The position numbers and the translations under genes are program-made. Positions 35,501 to 47,300 of a stretch of DNA of 64,000 bases are shown here, piece by piece. Origin of the DNA: Macrostomum hystrix (lineage: Eukaryota; Animalia; Platyhelminthes); contig CATNEN010000015.1 of NCBI GenBank assembly GCA_950097015.1, positions 1,426,001 to 1,490,000 of the forward strand, in the 5' to 3' direction. How positions within the stretch are numbered: position 1 is the first letter of the stretch; each line of letters starts with the position of its first letter. The notes beneath the pieces were generated by a model, which was not told the origin of the DNA, made no database searches, and was given only the letters and a program-made list of their open reading frames with translations.

Positions 35501-35569
35501 GCCTTGCGACTGGCGACCGAACAGTTTGCCGACCTCATCGATGGCTATAGATCGATGGCCTCCAATTAA
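32527..35569 (+). CDS. Delta/zeta-group tubulin, most likely zeta-tubulin; exons 32527-32744, 33867-34221, 34964(or 35012)-35569 (~376-392 aa)
   Basis: VGQCGNQLG, RAVFVDSERKV, R|QGRGNNWAYGY, HSLAGGTGSGLG, DTPLQNYNSLL, NAFPVDYW and GAYVHHYERY. Splice phases 2 and 0 match. Tubulin superfamily is certain; zeta versus delta rests on recalled motifs. Confidence 0.8.
32750..33855. repeat. ~28-bp minisatellite (CACCTGTCACTCTACCTTGATTGTCACT)n filling tubulin intron 1, with a ~246-bp higher-order repeat
   Basis: Visible periodicity; identical ORFs recur at offsets of 28 and 246 nt (33182/33210/33428). Confidence 0.93.
34370..34920. repeat. Degenerate ~22-25-bp repeat (GATGTTTCTTCCCAGATCC...)n in tubulin intron 2
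   Basis: Recurring TCTTCCCAGATCC core. Confidence 0.88.
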
Positions 35570-35699
35570 TAAATTGAATTCTTCATAATTTTTTACAGAA
35601 TCATTTTCCGTCCACGTGCTGTATTTAAATATACTAAACAATTATTTTTACATTTGTGGTTCGATTCGTGTACTCCCTTTCGATTGGAAGCTTGGAATG

Positions 35700-35970
35700 G
35701 AAAACACATCCAAATCCTTCAGGGACTGAAAACACACGAAAATCCTTCAGTAACCGAAGACACACTTGATTCCTTCAGGGACTAAAGACACAAACCCGAA
35801 TCCTTCAGGGACCAAAGACACAAACCCGAATCCTTCAGGGACCAAAGACACAAACCCGATTCCTTCAGGGACTAAATACACAAAACCCGATTCCTTCAGG
35901 GACTAAATACACAAAAACCCGATTCCTTCAGGGACCAAAGACACAAACCCGAATCATTCTAGGACCAAGG
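35700..35970. repeat. ~30-bp tandem repeat (TCCTTCAGGGACYAAAGACACAAACCCGAW)n, ~9 copies, intergenic
   Basis: TCCTTCAGGG recurs at 35771, 35801 and 35831. Confidence 0.9.
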
Positions 35971-36301
35971 ACGACAGTGACCAAATTATCCCGCTGATCG
36001 TACTATTAAAAAGTATTAGTAAGTAGTATAGTTGGGACATGCAACGAGTTCTCATTCGCATAGGGACCTTTGTACGGTCTCTGAAGAAGCAGCCAATGGC
36101 TGAGGGACGGCTCCCCTCCCCCCAATTGGTATTTAATTTGTGCCTCAAAATTGAAATCCACTGTCCATACTTGCAGCCTGCGCGCGGCCGGCCTGTCAGA
36201 ATTCATTGTCGTCGGTTGAGAGGGGCGGCGAAGTTTTTTGATATCCAGTAGTTGCTGCTTTTACTAGACAAGTTCTCAATCGAATTAAAAGCTCAGAGAG
36301 A

Positions 36302-39300
36302 ATGTGCAACGCTAAAGACTGGAGACAGGTGAGAACAGGCGCCTCAGTAATCTGCTTCCTGCTCTGCGTGCTGCTCAATGTGCATGTGGACTCAGCGGCC
36401 GCTGGCGAGCCCCAACTGAGAACTAATCAGTCCCAGAGACACCTTAAGCTAATCATGTACGAGTACGGTGGACTCAACAAGACTGGCATCAGCCTGGCAG
36501 ACCTGCAGCGGCTCATGATGCGTATCGGCCTCATGCCGACCGCTGCCAGCACAACAGTCGGTCCCGATCATGATCACGACGATCCAAATCATAAGCACGA
36601 AAATGAGCCAGATCATAAGCCTGAAGCTGTTTCAGCTGCTAATCAAACTGCGGAATCGTCTGAGGTGAGTCCTTTCGCATTTCCTAATCATTTTGCTGAC
36701 TCCTAAGTACACGCGGGTATTCTACATCTACTTTGACTACTATTTCACTATACTACTGACCTTTTGCCAAGCTCAGCCACTCGCGCTGTCCCCAGCACAA
36801 TTCACACTCGTATAATTGGCCCGCTTATCTAGCTGTTAGTATTTTCTTTAGGCTTCTCATTGTAGGAAAGTCACGAGTTGTCAGCTCAGTCCTTGTGTTT
36901 AACTTCAAAGCTAGGCTAGCAGAGAGATACAGGAGATTCACGTGACCCTCCTGTGGGTGGCCGTCAGCGCAGGATTGTAGCTAAAGTGCTCGGCCTGGCT
37001 GTAGCCTGCAGCTCGCACTGGTCGTGCAGTTATTCGCAGTTGGCATGCACACTCTAGGTACTATTGCTGCTGCAGTGGAAGTGGAAGGCTTGGTTTTCAT
37101 GAGCTTTTCTCTGTTTTGTTTCTGCTGAAGTACTTCATTGAGTGGGCGTTTTGAGATTTCTCTAGATAAGATTGGCCCTATCCGGCTTGAGCGGCATGAA
37201 GTTTTGTTTTCTTTCAATTTTTTCTTATTTCGCAAATATGCGAGGGACAGACTGGTGCACCTGTACCTGGTTCTTGTTTCTTTTTCAGAGTTTATTATCT
37301 TTTAGCACTGTCAATCTCTCAACCTTAAAGTTTGTCTAGTTGCAATTAATAACAGCGCAATTAACACGTATTCACCGATTAGCTTGGGCTATTTTGTAAG
37401 CATAACTTTTAAATTTGCAAAGTTTAGTAAAAACAAAAAGAAAATAAACTTAAAGCAGCAGGATGCAATAATATGTTGAAGCTCAGACACTAAAAATTCA
37501 CAAGCTCGCTTACAAAAAATGCTCGTGGTGAGGGAAAAACTATGAAAACTTTAAGGCGAGAATCAAAGCCACCAAACAGAAACTGACAAGAGTCAAAGAC
37601 ACCTACCGAAAACTGACAAGAATCATAGCCACCAAACAGAAACTGACAAGAGTCAAAGACACCTACCGAAAACTGACAAGAATCATAGCCACCAAACAGA
37701 AACTGACAAGAGTCAAAGACACCTACCGAAAACTGACAAGAATCATAGCCACCAAACAGAAACTGACAAGAGTCAAAGACACCTACCGAAAACTGACAAG
37801 AATCATAGCCACCAACCAGAAACTGACAAGAGTCAAAGACATATACCGGAAACTGACAAGAATCAAATACACATACCGGAAACTGAAAAGAATCAGACAC
37901 ATACCGGAAACTGACAAGAATCAAATACACATACTGGAAACTGACAAGAATCAAATACACATACCGGAAACTGACAAGTATAAAAGACACATACCGGAAA
38001 CTGAAAAGAATCAGACACATACCGGAAACTGACAAGAATCAAATACACATACCGGAAACTGACAAGAATCAAATACACATACCGGAAACTGACAAGTATA
38101 AAAGACACATACCGGAAACTGACAAGAATCATAGATACATACCGGAAACTGACAAGAATCAAAGACATACCGGAAACTGACAAGTATCAAAGACATATAC
38201 CGGAAACTGACAAGAATCATAGACACATACCGGAAACTGACAAAAATCATAGATGTAATATTCCAATCTAACATGTGTTCTGGGAATGTATGCTAGCTGT
38301 GCCTAGAACCGCGTGCTCTGGCCCAACCAATTATCTGCCTGCGATATGTACATCGATATGCCAATCGATAGTTGCACCAACCCCCGGTTTGCTCAAATAA
38401 AAATACGCATGCTTGGCCAGCTGGGGCCTTACAAATCTTCGCACCACACTAAACTACTCTCGTGCGGACTTCATACTTTACATACCGGAAACTGACAAGA
38501 ATCAAAGACTACCGGAAACTGACGAGAACTAACTACACATCAACCCAAAATTAAACAGAACCGAAGACACATGCCAGAAACTTCGATGACGGAAAAGTAA
38601 CTAGTAAATAATAGTTTATATTTATAGGCTGTAAAATGGGTCAGAAATTCAAAGAACTGACATTTATTTACACGCAAACCTTATCTATTGAAGGTTCACG
38701 AAGATGCGAGTTTGGCTTATCAACGATTTTCAAATCAGATTTTTTATATATTAACCCAGCCTCAATTTTGAAGATGTCGAATCTCCGAAGCCCGAAACTT
38801 CCATAGTAGGATATTTTATAGACTGCTAAAATGTGGTCATTTGACCGTACAGTCCTCAACCTAGTTTTCAAAACAGAACAATCTACTTTAAATGTAGTTG
38901 TCAAGCCCAATAGGGAACGGCTCCATAGTATAAAGCTGGCGTAAACTACGAGTACAACTTGTACTCTAAAAGTAACATTGACCCAGGAATTATCTTTTTT
39001 ATCTTCTACACTGTAACTTATTAAAAATCATGCCCCGCTGAATATTTAATGGCATTAAGTCCAACTAGACATAGTTGGACTGACAACATCGCACTGACAA
39101 CATCGGATTAACATACTGTAGATTTGGCAAGTAGGCTAGACTTATTGACCTTTTAAATTTCTCTTGGTTTAATGGAATATCTTGGTTGACTCTTTAGTAA
39201 GTCAGTATTTCCCAATCGATAATCCGAGCCACTTAAACTAACGATCCATATGGCTTGAAAATTTTATTAGACTTTAAAGACGATAAAAAATGTACAATCT

Positions 39301-42300
39301 TCGTAGTCTTAAATATATTCAGCCATAGCCACTTGTTTGCTACCAGCCACTGCACTGCGGATGGAGTTACCTCGGATGGTGTTTGCCTGTCGCAGTTCTC
39401 GCTAGCCCATAAGCTATTTTTAGCAAGTGGAATACACCGTACACGCCTACGGAAAGTAAATAGAAGTGGATTTTTAATTTTTGAGCCTGCGCTGAGGCTT
39501 CGATGTGAAGAGGGGAGGAGGTAGAGCCCAACGTCTCCTCACTTCCATCCCTTTTGCTTTCTATTTCATTCCCAATGTTCCAATGGTAGCCAAACTGGGC
39601 TCAAATACTACATTTTGGAGGCCTCGGCCTTCTTACCAATCTTCTTCGCGCTTCTGGTAAGAGCCCAGCATCTCCGATCGATTTGAGCGCTTGGCCTTGG
39701 CAACGCCCACGCACTGGCTCTGTTTGCCTTGTCTTACCCCGCGCGCGAAGGTTGTGACCGTTGTGAGGAAAGCCGGTATTTCAGCATGGCTTATAAAATA
39801 AGATGCGAGACAACCCGGCAGATCTGTCTGATCAATATCGCCTAGGAGGTCGTGTTATTCGTTTCCCCGTAATTGTTCATCCGATTTCTATTCACGATCG
39901 GATAAGTGAATTAAATAGCTGACATAACACGAACCTGAAGCAAGAGTCTGTCTTAACGCGCTGTCGATTTCTGATCAAATTAATTATAAGGCAGTGGGAG
40001 AGAAGTGATGAGTAATGCGAATCTAGACTCCTGTTCCAATGCTCCAACCTGATTGCGCAATAGAGCATAGGATTTCCTGCATCATAACAGCCTACCTATG
40101 TGCCGTCCTGTTAAATTATTTCTAACTCGAATTAAACTTGAATCAGACCTGAGTACAGGGCTTCAAGCACTGACCCATCTTTTGGCGGCAGTTGTCCCGC
40201 AAGCTAGCGAGGATGCGATTCGGCACGTTCCCGCTGACCCCTAAACACACATCTAGACTTATTATTATCATGCAGTGTACACTGTCACTGTGACTCAAAC
40301 GTTGGCCTCATACGAGTAGGCGTATATTGCACGAGCATCCAAGCCTTCTCTGCGTGCATCTCATCAAAGGAACTTGAGTGTCGGGCTTGCTACAGCCCCG
40401 CTACACTCCCCTGTGAGGCACATCAAGTATGGACTTCGCACTGGATGAATGAAGCCTTGGAGTATTGGCAAATTGTAACTTATTAACATGAGCATGAAGT
40501 CATTGTCAATTAAGAATTTCTAGTTAATAATATACCTTTTTGCAATCCATTTCGTCGTTTTTGCGTTTAATTTAGGCGCGAGCGCTAGTGTGCAGTCTAA
40601 ACAACTGAGCCATAGACACTGAGCAACTTTTGCGTTCAAATTCAGCCGTTTTGCGTCCTATTTCGGCAGCTTACGGCATCAGACATTCTCCATTTGAAAT
40701 TACAGAAACTAGCCTCGCCGCCACAAAGTAACCATGGATACGCATGAACAGTAAAGGACAATACAAATAAGAAACAACTAGACTTGAACAGTGTAGGAGA
40801 CAATAAAGGACAATACAAATAAGAAACAACTAGACTTGAACAGTCAATTAGAAACATATTTTAGTCCACAGAGTCTACAAAGTTTCGTTGGGTCGCATCA
40901 CTTAAGCCAAAATATCCTCGACATCCAGGCAACGCTGCACGTACGTCTGGCCGTGGTTCACCCATTGCAGACACTTGAACGGTGTAATGTCCTGCGCTGC
41001 AATGCGCCTCCCGCTGCACCGCAGGCGACGAGAGAGCGCGCTTCAGCGCTACCTTCAGGCATGAGCCTGCCTTCAGGAATGGTGAATACGGGGGCAGAAA
41101 CCGGCACTCATGACCTTCACCCAATCCTGGCACGTTCAGCTGCGCACGAGCGCTATCAACCATGACCAGGCAGATGGTTAGGTTCTGCCCTCGCTGGCCA
41201 TTCAAAACCGAGACGGCACGCTGGCCTCGTGGAACCCAGCCCTGACTGTGGAGTGTCCACAGATTGACACCGAACTCGTCAAGTCAGATCGTGTAGCGAT
41301 GGACGCCTTCGGCCAGCATCCACTCAGCATGCATGCGGCGGGCCTCCTTGGTCACGGGAGTGTTCCAATCCACTGGATTCCCTCTCATGAGCTTGAGAGT
41401 GATGAGTCTTCCATCCAGTGCGCGGCTGATGGCAGACAGTGACACATTCACTAGATTGGGGAATCCCTGCAGGATGTGGTTCCTCATCTGCGCCAGTGTT
41501 GCGCCAGGTTGGGTCTCCAGGAATTCGGTGATCGCATTCACCATCTCATCTGTCAAGCGACGCCTCTTTGCTCCGCCTTTTGGAAGAGGGTCCGCTCTGC
41601 CCTGGTCAGCGTAGGCTTTGATAATGCTTGCCGCAGTTTGGCGCGCAAAGCCCAGCACACGAGCGAGCGCTCGCCAGTCTGCATTGAAGTCGTTAGCTGC
41701 GATCAGTCTCTGTCGATCAACTGTCGTGACGCGCGTGTATTGTCCTCTTGGAGGCATTCTAGCCGGGAGCAGAAAGTAAAAACACCGAAACAGACTTGCG
41801 GAGACGACTATAGGGCTGCTTTCGGAGACAAATTTTTCATCCCACCCTCACTGAACGCGATCGAGTGAGAAAGTGTCTATAGCAAAAACATTCGAACTGT
41901 GCCCACAGTGCCCATGTGATTGCGCTGCCGAAATAGGACGCAAAAAGGCCGAATTTGAACGCAAAAGTTGCCCAGTGTCTATGGCTCAGTTGTTTGGACT
42001 GCACACTAGCGCTCGCGCCGAAATTGAACGCAAAATGACGAAATTGATTGCAAAAAGATATATAAGGTGCTAATTGTGATCAAGATAGCAATTCAATGCA
42101 ATTTAATAGCAGCATTCATATTTCCTCTTGTCTAATTTTTCCTGCCCTGTGCTAGCCTTAGACTTAACCCATAATTAGGTCGCATCAGGCCGGTACCTTC
42201 CGACTAACACAGCCAGCCACCCGCCTTACCAGGGACTTCCTTATAGTCACAATTTCAAAGCTAAAATCGCTCGCAGATCGCTACATCGATACGGGCTTGC

Positions 42301-44278
42301 TGTCGGCGGATCGCTACTGTACCAGCTGAGTATTAGTTGTTAGTCCTACTCGTATAAAGTGAACTGGCTGGGGTCATTTGCATTGTGCGGAATACAGGCC
42401 GATGGGTTGAACTAGAGCATCACTTTTTTTGCCGAACTTCCGTTGGTCGTTTCGCGTGCTAAAATCGATATCATATTTTTGCTTCATTTCAGTTTCTAGT
42501 TTGAGTTGCAGAACCATGCGTTTTTTGGAGAGCTGCTTAAACCATTAATAACGCAGAATGCTCTTTAAAAAGAAATAAAAGTACTATTTCATTAGTCTAT
42601 TTAGTAGATTATTGGAGTCAGTCGGGCAAATTAAGTAGATTAATCATCAATTTGTTAGATAAAGAGTCAGTCGGGTAGATAAGATTCTCTCGGGTATATT
42701 GAGAATCACTCAAGTATATTTAGAATCACTCGGGTAGATGAAGTGTAGTCACTCGGGTAGATGAAGTGTAGTCACTCGGGTAGATGAAATGTAGTCACTC
42801 GGGAAGATGAAGTGTAGTCACTCGGGTAGATGAAGTGTAGTCACTCGGGTAGATGAAATGTAGTCACTCGGGTAGATTGAATGTAGTCACTCGGGTAGAT
42901 GAAATGTAGTCACTCGGGTAGATGAAGTGTAGTCACTCGGGTAGATTGAGCGTAGTCACTCGGGTAGATGAAGTGTAGTCACTCGGGTAGATGAAGTGTA
43001 GTCACTCGGGTAGATGAAGTGTAGTCACTCGGGTAGATGAAGTGTAGTCACTCGGGTAGATTGAGTGTAGTCACTCGGGTAGATTGAGTGTAGTCACTCG
43101 GGTAGATGAAATGTAGTCACTCGGGTAGATAAAGTGTAGTCACTCGGGTAGATGAAATGTAGTCACTCGGGTAGATGAAATGTAGTCACTCGGGTAGATG
43201 AAGTGTAGTCACTCGGGTAGATTGAGTGTAGTCACTCGGGTAGATGAAGTGTAGTCACTCGGGTAGATGAAATGTAGTCACTCGGGTAGATGAAATGTAG
43301 TCACTCGGGTAGATTGAGTGTAGTCACTCGGGTAGATTGAGTGTAGTCACTCGGGTAGATTGAGTGTAGTCACTCGGGTAGATTGAGTGTAGTCACTCGG
43401 GTAGATGAAATGTAGTCACTCGGGTAGATGAAATGTAGTCACTCGGGTAGATGAAGTGTAGTCACTCGGGTAGATTGAGTGTAGTCACTCGGGTAGATGA
43501 AGTGTAGTCACTCGGGTAGATGAAATGTAGTCACTCGGGTAGATGAAATGTAGTCACTCGGGTAGATTGAGTGTAGTCACTCGGGTAGATTGAGTGTAGT
43601 CACTCGGGTAGATTGAGTGTAGTCACTCGGGTAGATGAAATGTAGTCACTCGGGTAGATGAAGTGTAGTCACTCGGGTAGATGAAGTGCAGTCAGTCTAA
43701 ATATACGTCAATTGACGTTATCAGACCATCTGGCATTCTCTTTATAACAAGCAATCGCAAACGCTTCCTTGCCGCAGTGCCCCACCGCTAGCCAGATGCT
43801 GGCCTGGTATCCCACCGGACAGCAGCGCAACAGTCTCACCGAGTCAGACTTCCTGGACCTGTGCCCAACACTGGTTTACCTGCTGCACTCCAAGGTCTGC
43901 AGCAGCGGCGCTCACCAATCCGCCAGCACTTCCAAGCAGCCCTCGCGCACCTGGCAGGTGTGGGGCGCCTCACTGCTTGCCGTGGTCATCACTAGTCTGG
44001 GCGGCGTGGCCACCATCTTCCTCATCCGCCCGCTGATGCGCACCCGCTTCTACACCCTAGTGGTCCAGTTCCTCATCGCCCTGGCTGTGGGCTCCCTGAG
44101 CGGTGACGCCTTCCTGCACCTCCTGCCTCATGTGAGTCCTGCTGCGTGTCTGATGGGGTGTCTGTCTGTCTGTCCGTCTGTCTGTCTGTACTGGGTGTCT
44201 GTACTGGGTGTCTGTCCGTCTGTCTGTCTGTCTGTCTGTACTGGGTGTCTGTCTGTCTGTCTGTCTGTCTGTACTGGG

Positions 44279-44331
<53 letters not shown>

Positions 44332-47300
44332 GCCTGTCCGTGAGCCCTCCGCTTTGCTGTCTCAGCCAATCTACGTATAAAACTCAAATCAGAGTGTTGT
44401 TGCATTTAAAAAAACTTCTATATTTAATTTCTAAACTATTTCACGGATGCACAAGCTATGCCAAATTTAACATAGCTTTAAATTTCCAAGTGTCTTTGGG
44501 GGGAGTTTTTCGGGTGTCTCCCCGGCCTCCGTCGGTTCTCCCTGCATAATTTAGCCCTTTTTCAGTATTTTAATTATTTGTTTCTCACGAAATCGGAAGT
44601 GCAAATTGATTTTTTGTGGCAAAAAACTAAGTTTTTATTTGCATTAAAATGCTATTGATTTGAAAAAAACGTCTATATATAGTGTAGAAAAAGCTTAGGC
44701 TATTGTGAGACTGCAAATTAACGATACCCACTCTGGCCTTGTAAAAAACTGCTCGTTGCAATTAATTGGTAAGTCTGTCAATCAAATCAGACCTGTTTCT
44801 ACACCTAAAAGAAAATAAATAAATGTAGCTGTTTTGGCAATTGATTTTATGCTACAAAGTTTCGCTTGTGTATTGGCTTTTATAATGATCTCAATTATTC
44901 GCTAGTTCATGACGAAATTGTTTCTTCAAGGACGAAATTGTATCCAATCCTAAAAATTGAAGTACAAGGCTCACCTGGACTGGAGCGGATGGCTGTCACT
45001 TGGACTGGAGTAGAGTGGATGGCTGTCACTTGGATTGGAGTGGATGGCTGTCACCTGGACTGAAGTGGAGCGGATGGCTGTCACTTGGACTGGAGTAGAG
45101 TGGATGGCTGTCACTTGGACTGAAGTGGATGGCTGTCACTTGGACTGGAGTAGTGTGGATGGCTGTCACTTGGACTGAAGTGGATGGCTGTCACTTGGAC
45201 TGAAGTGGATGGCTGTCACTTGGACTGGAGTAGAGTGGATGGCTGTCACTTGGACTGGAGTGGATGGCTGTCACCTGGACTGAAGTGGAGCGGATGGCTG
45301 TCACTTGGACTGGAGTAGAGTGGATGGCTGTCACTTGGACTGAAGTGGATGGCTGTCACTTGGACTGGAGTAGAGTGGATGGCTGTCACTTGGACTGGAG
45401 TGGATGGCTGTCACCTGGACTGAAGTGGAGCGGATGGCTGTCACTTGGACTGGAGTAGAGTGGATGGCTGTCACTTGGACTGGAGTGGATGGCTGTCACC
45501 TGGACTGAAGTGGAGCGGATGGCTGTCACTTGGACTGGAGTAGAGTGGATGGCTGTCACTTGGACTGAAGTGGATGGCTGTCACTTGGACTGGAGTAGAG
45601 TGGATGGCTGTCACTTGGACTGAAGTGGATGGCTGTCACTTGGACTGGAGTAGAGTGGATGGCTGTCACTTGGACTGGAGTGATTGGCTGTCACTTGGAC
45701 TGGAGTGGATGGCTGTCGCTTGGACTTGAGTGGATGGCTGTCGCTTGGACTGGAGTGGATGGCTGTCACTTGGACTGGAGTGGATGGCTGTCGCTTGGAC
45801 TGGAGTGGATGGCTGTCACTTGGACTGGAGTGGTTGGCTGTCGCTTGGACTGGAGTGGATCGCTGTCGCTTGGACTGGAGTGGATGGCTGTCACTTGGAC
45901 TAGAGTGGATGGCTGTCGCTTGGAATAGAGTGGATGGCTGTCACTTGGACTGGAGTGATTGGCTGTCACTTGGGCTGGAGTGGTTGGCTGTCACTTGGAC
46001 TGGAGTGATTGGCTGTCACTTGGACTGGAGTGGTTGGCTGTCACTTGGACTGAAGTGGTTGGCTGTCACTTGGACTGGAGTGGTTGGCTGTCACTTGGAC
46101 TGGAGTGGTTGGCTGTCACTTGGACTGAAGTGGTTGGCTGTCACTTGGACTGGAGTGGTTGGCTGTCACTTGGACTGGAGTGATTGGCTGTCACTTGGAC
46201 TGGAGTGGTTGGCTGTCACTTGGACTGGAGTGGTTGGCTGTCACTTGGACTGAAGTGGACTAAATTAGAAGGCTGTCACCTGGACTAGATTAGAAGGCTG
46301 TCACCTGGACTAAATTAGAAGGCTGTCACCAGTACTGTTTACTTCGGTTGCCACATGCATTACTAGCTCAAACATGCCAGTCTGCTGACGCCCTGTTCCC
46401 CCCCAGGCCCTTTTCCCCGAGACTGACGACGCGCATGATCACGGGAAGGACGAAAAGGACGCGGTGGACCACATGGGCACCCTGTACCGGTGCCTGACTG
46501 CCCTGATGGGTATCTACTGCTTCTTTGTCATCGAGCGCATCACCGTTCTTTGCCAAAATAGGCGCAGTCGCAGGCGCAACAGTGCCAGGAGACCTGTGAG
46601 TGCAATTCTTCTCGTGGTTTGCACTGAATTATGCTCGTATATTCCAGCAATAGAAATAGATAGCTGTAGGAATGTGAGCACTGTACCTTACCTCTAAATG
46701 ATCGTCTCTTTGACGCTTTCACGCTTTCCTTTCGTAAGTTGTTCGCAACAATCTGGTTTTATTTTGTTTCACTTTTTTCAGTTTTCGCTTTCCGCACTGG
46801 TGCGTTCTTGGCCTGTGGCTTTGAGTTGTCAGATCAATTCTGTATATTACTGCTTTAGTATTTTAGAGACCCCATACTAATCCCTACTCATTCACCCCCT
46901 GCTGCTACCGGGTGTGCTCAAGGGAGATCGGTTTAATTAGGCTGAGTAGAAACTTGCACAGCGTAAGCTAACACCTGTCTAGAATATAGAATTCAGTATT
47001 GTTTGTGATAGTAGATGTTGTCGTGTACTCGCCTGAGTCATGTGCCAGCAAACCACTTAGAAAATATGGCTCGTTTCTCATTTTTCTGCTTTTGTTTTGT
47101 TACCAATTATCTTTAGCAATGCATCACCTTATAGATTGTCACGTCCACTGTTGTCTAGTGTACAATAATTTTTGTACTTTTGTTGTCACTCTTTCCACCT
47201 GTTATTTCACAACCATCGAACTCCCCCCAACAATTTTCCCTTCCATCCCATTCAAAATTATTCCTACCACCACTTCGTGAAAATCCCTACCATATCACTC

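Noticed and set aside
32527-35569. Calling the tubulin TUBD1 (delta)
   Set aside because: Several diagnostic positions fit zeta better by recall; the symbol is left blank until a phylogeny is run.
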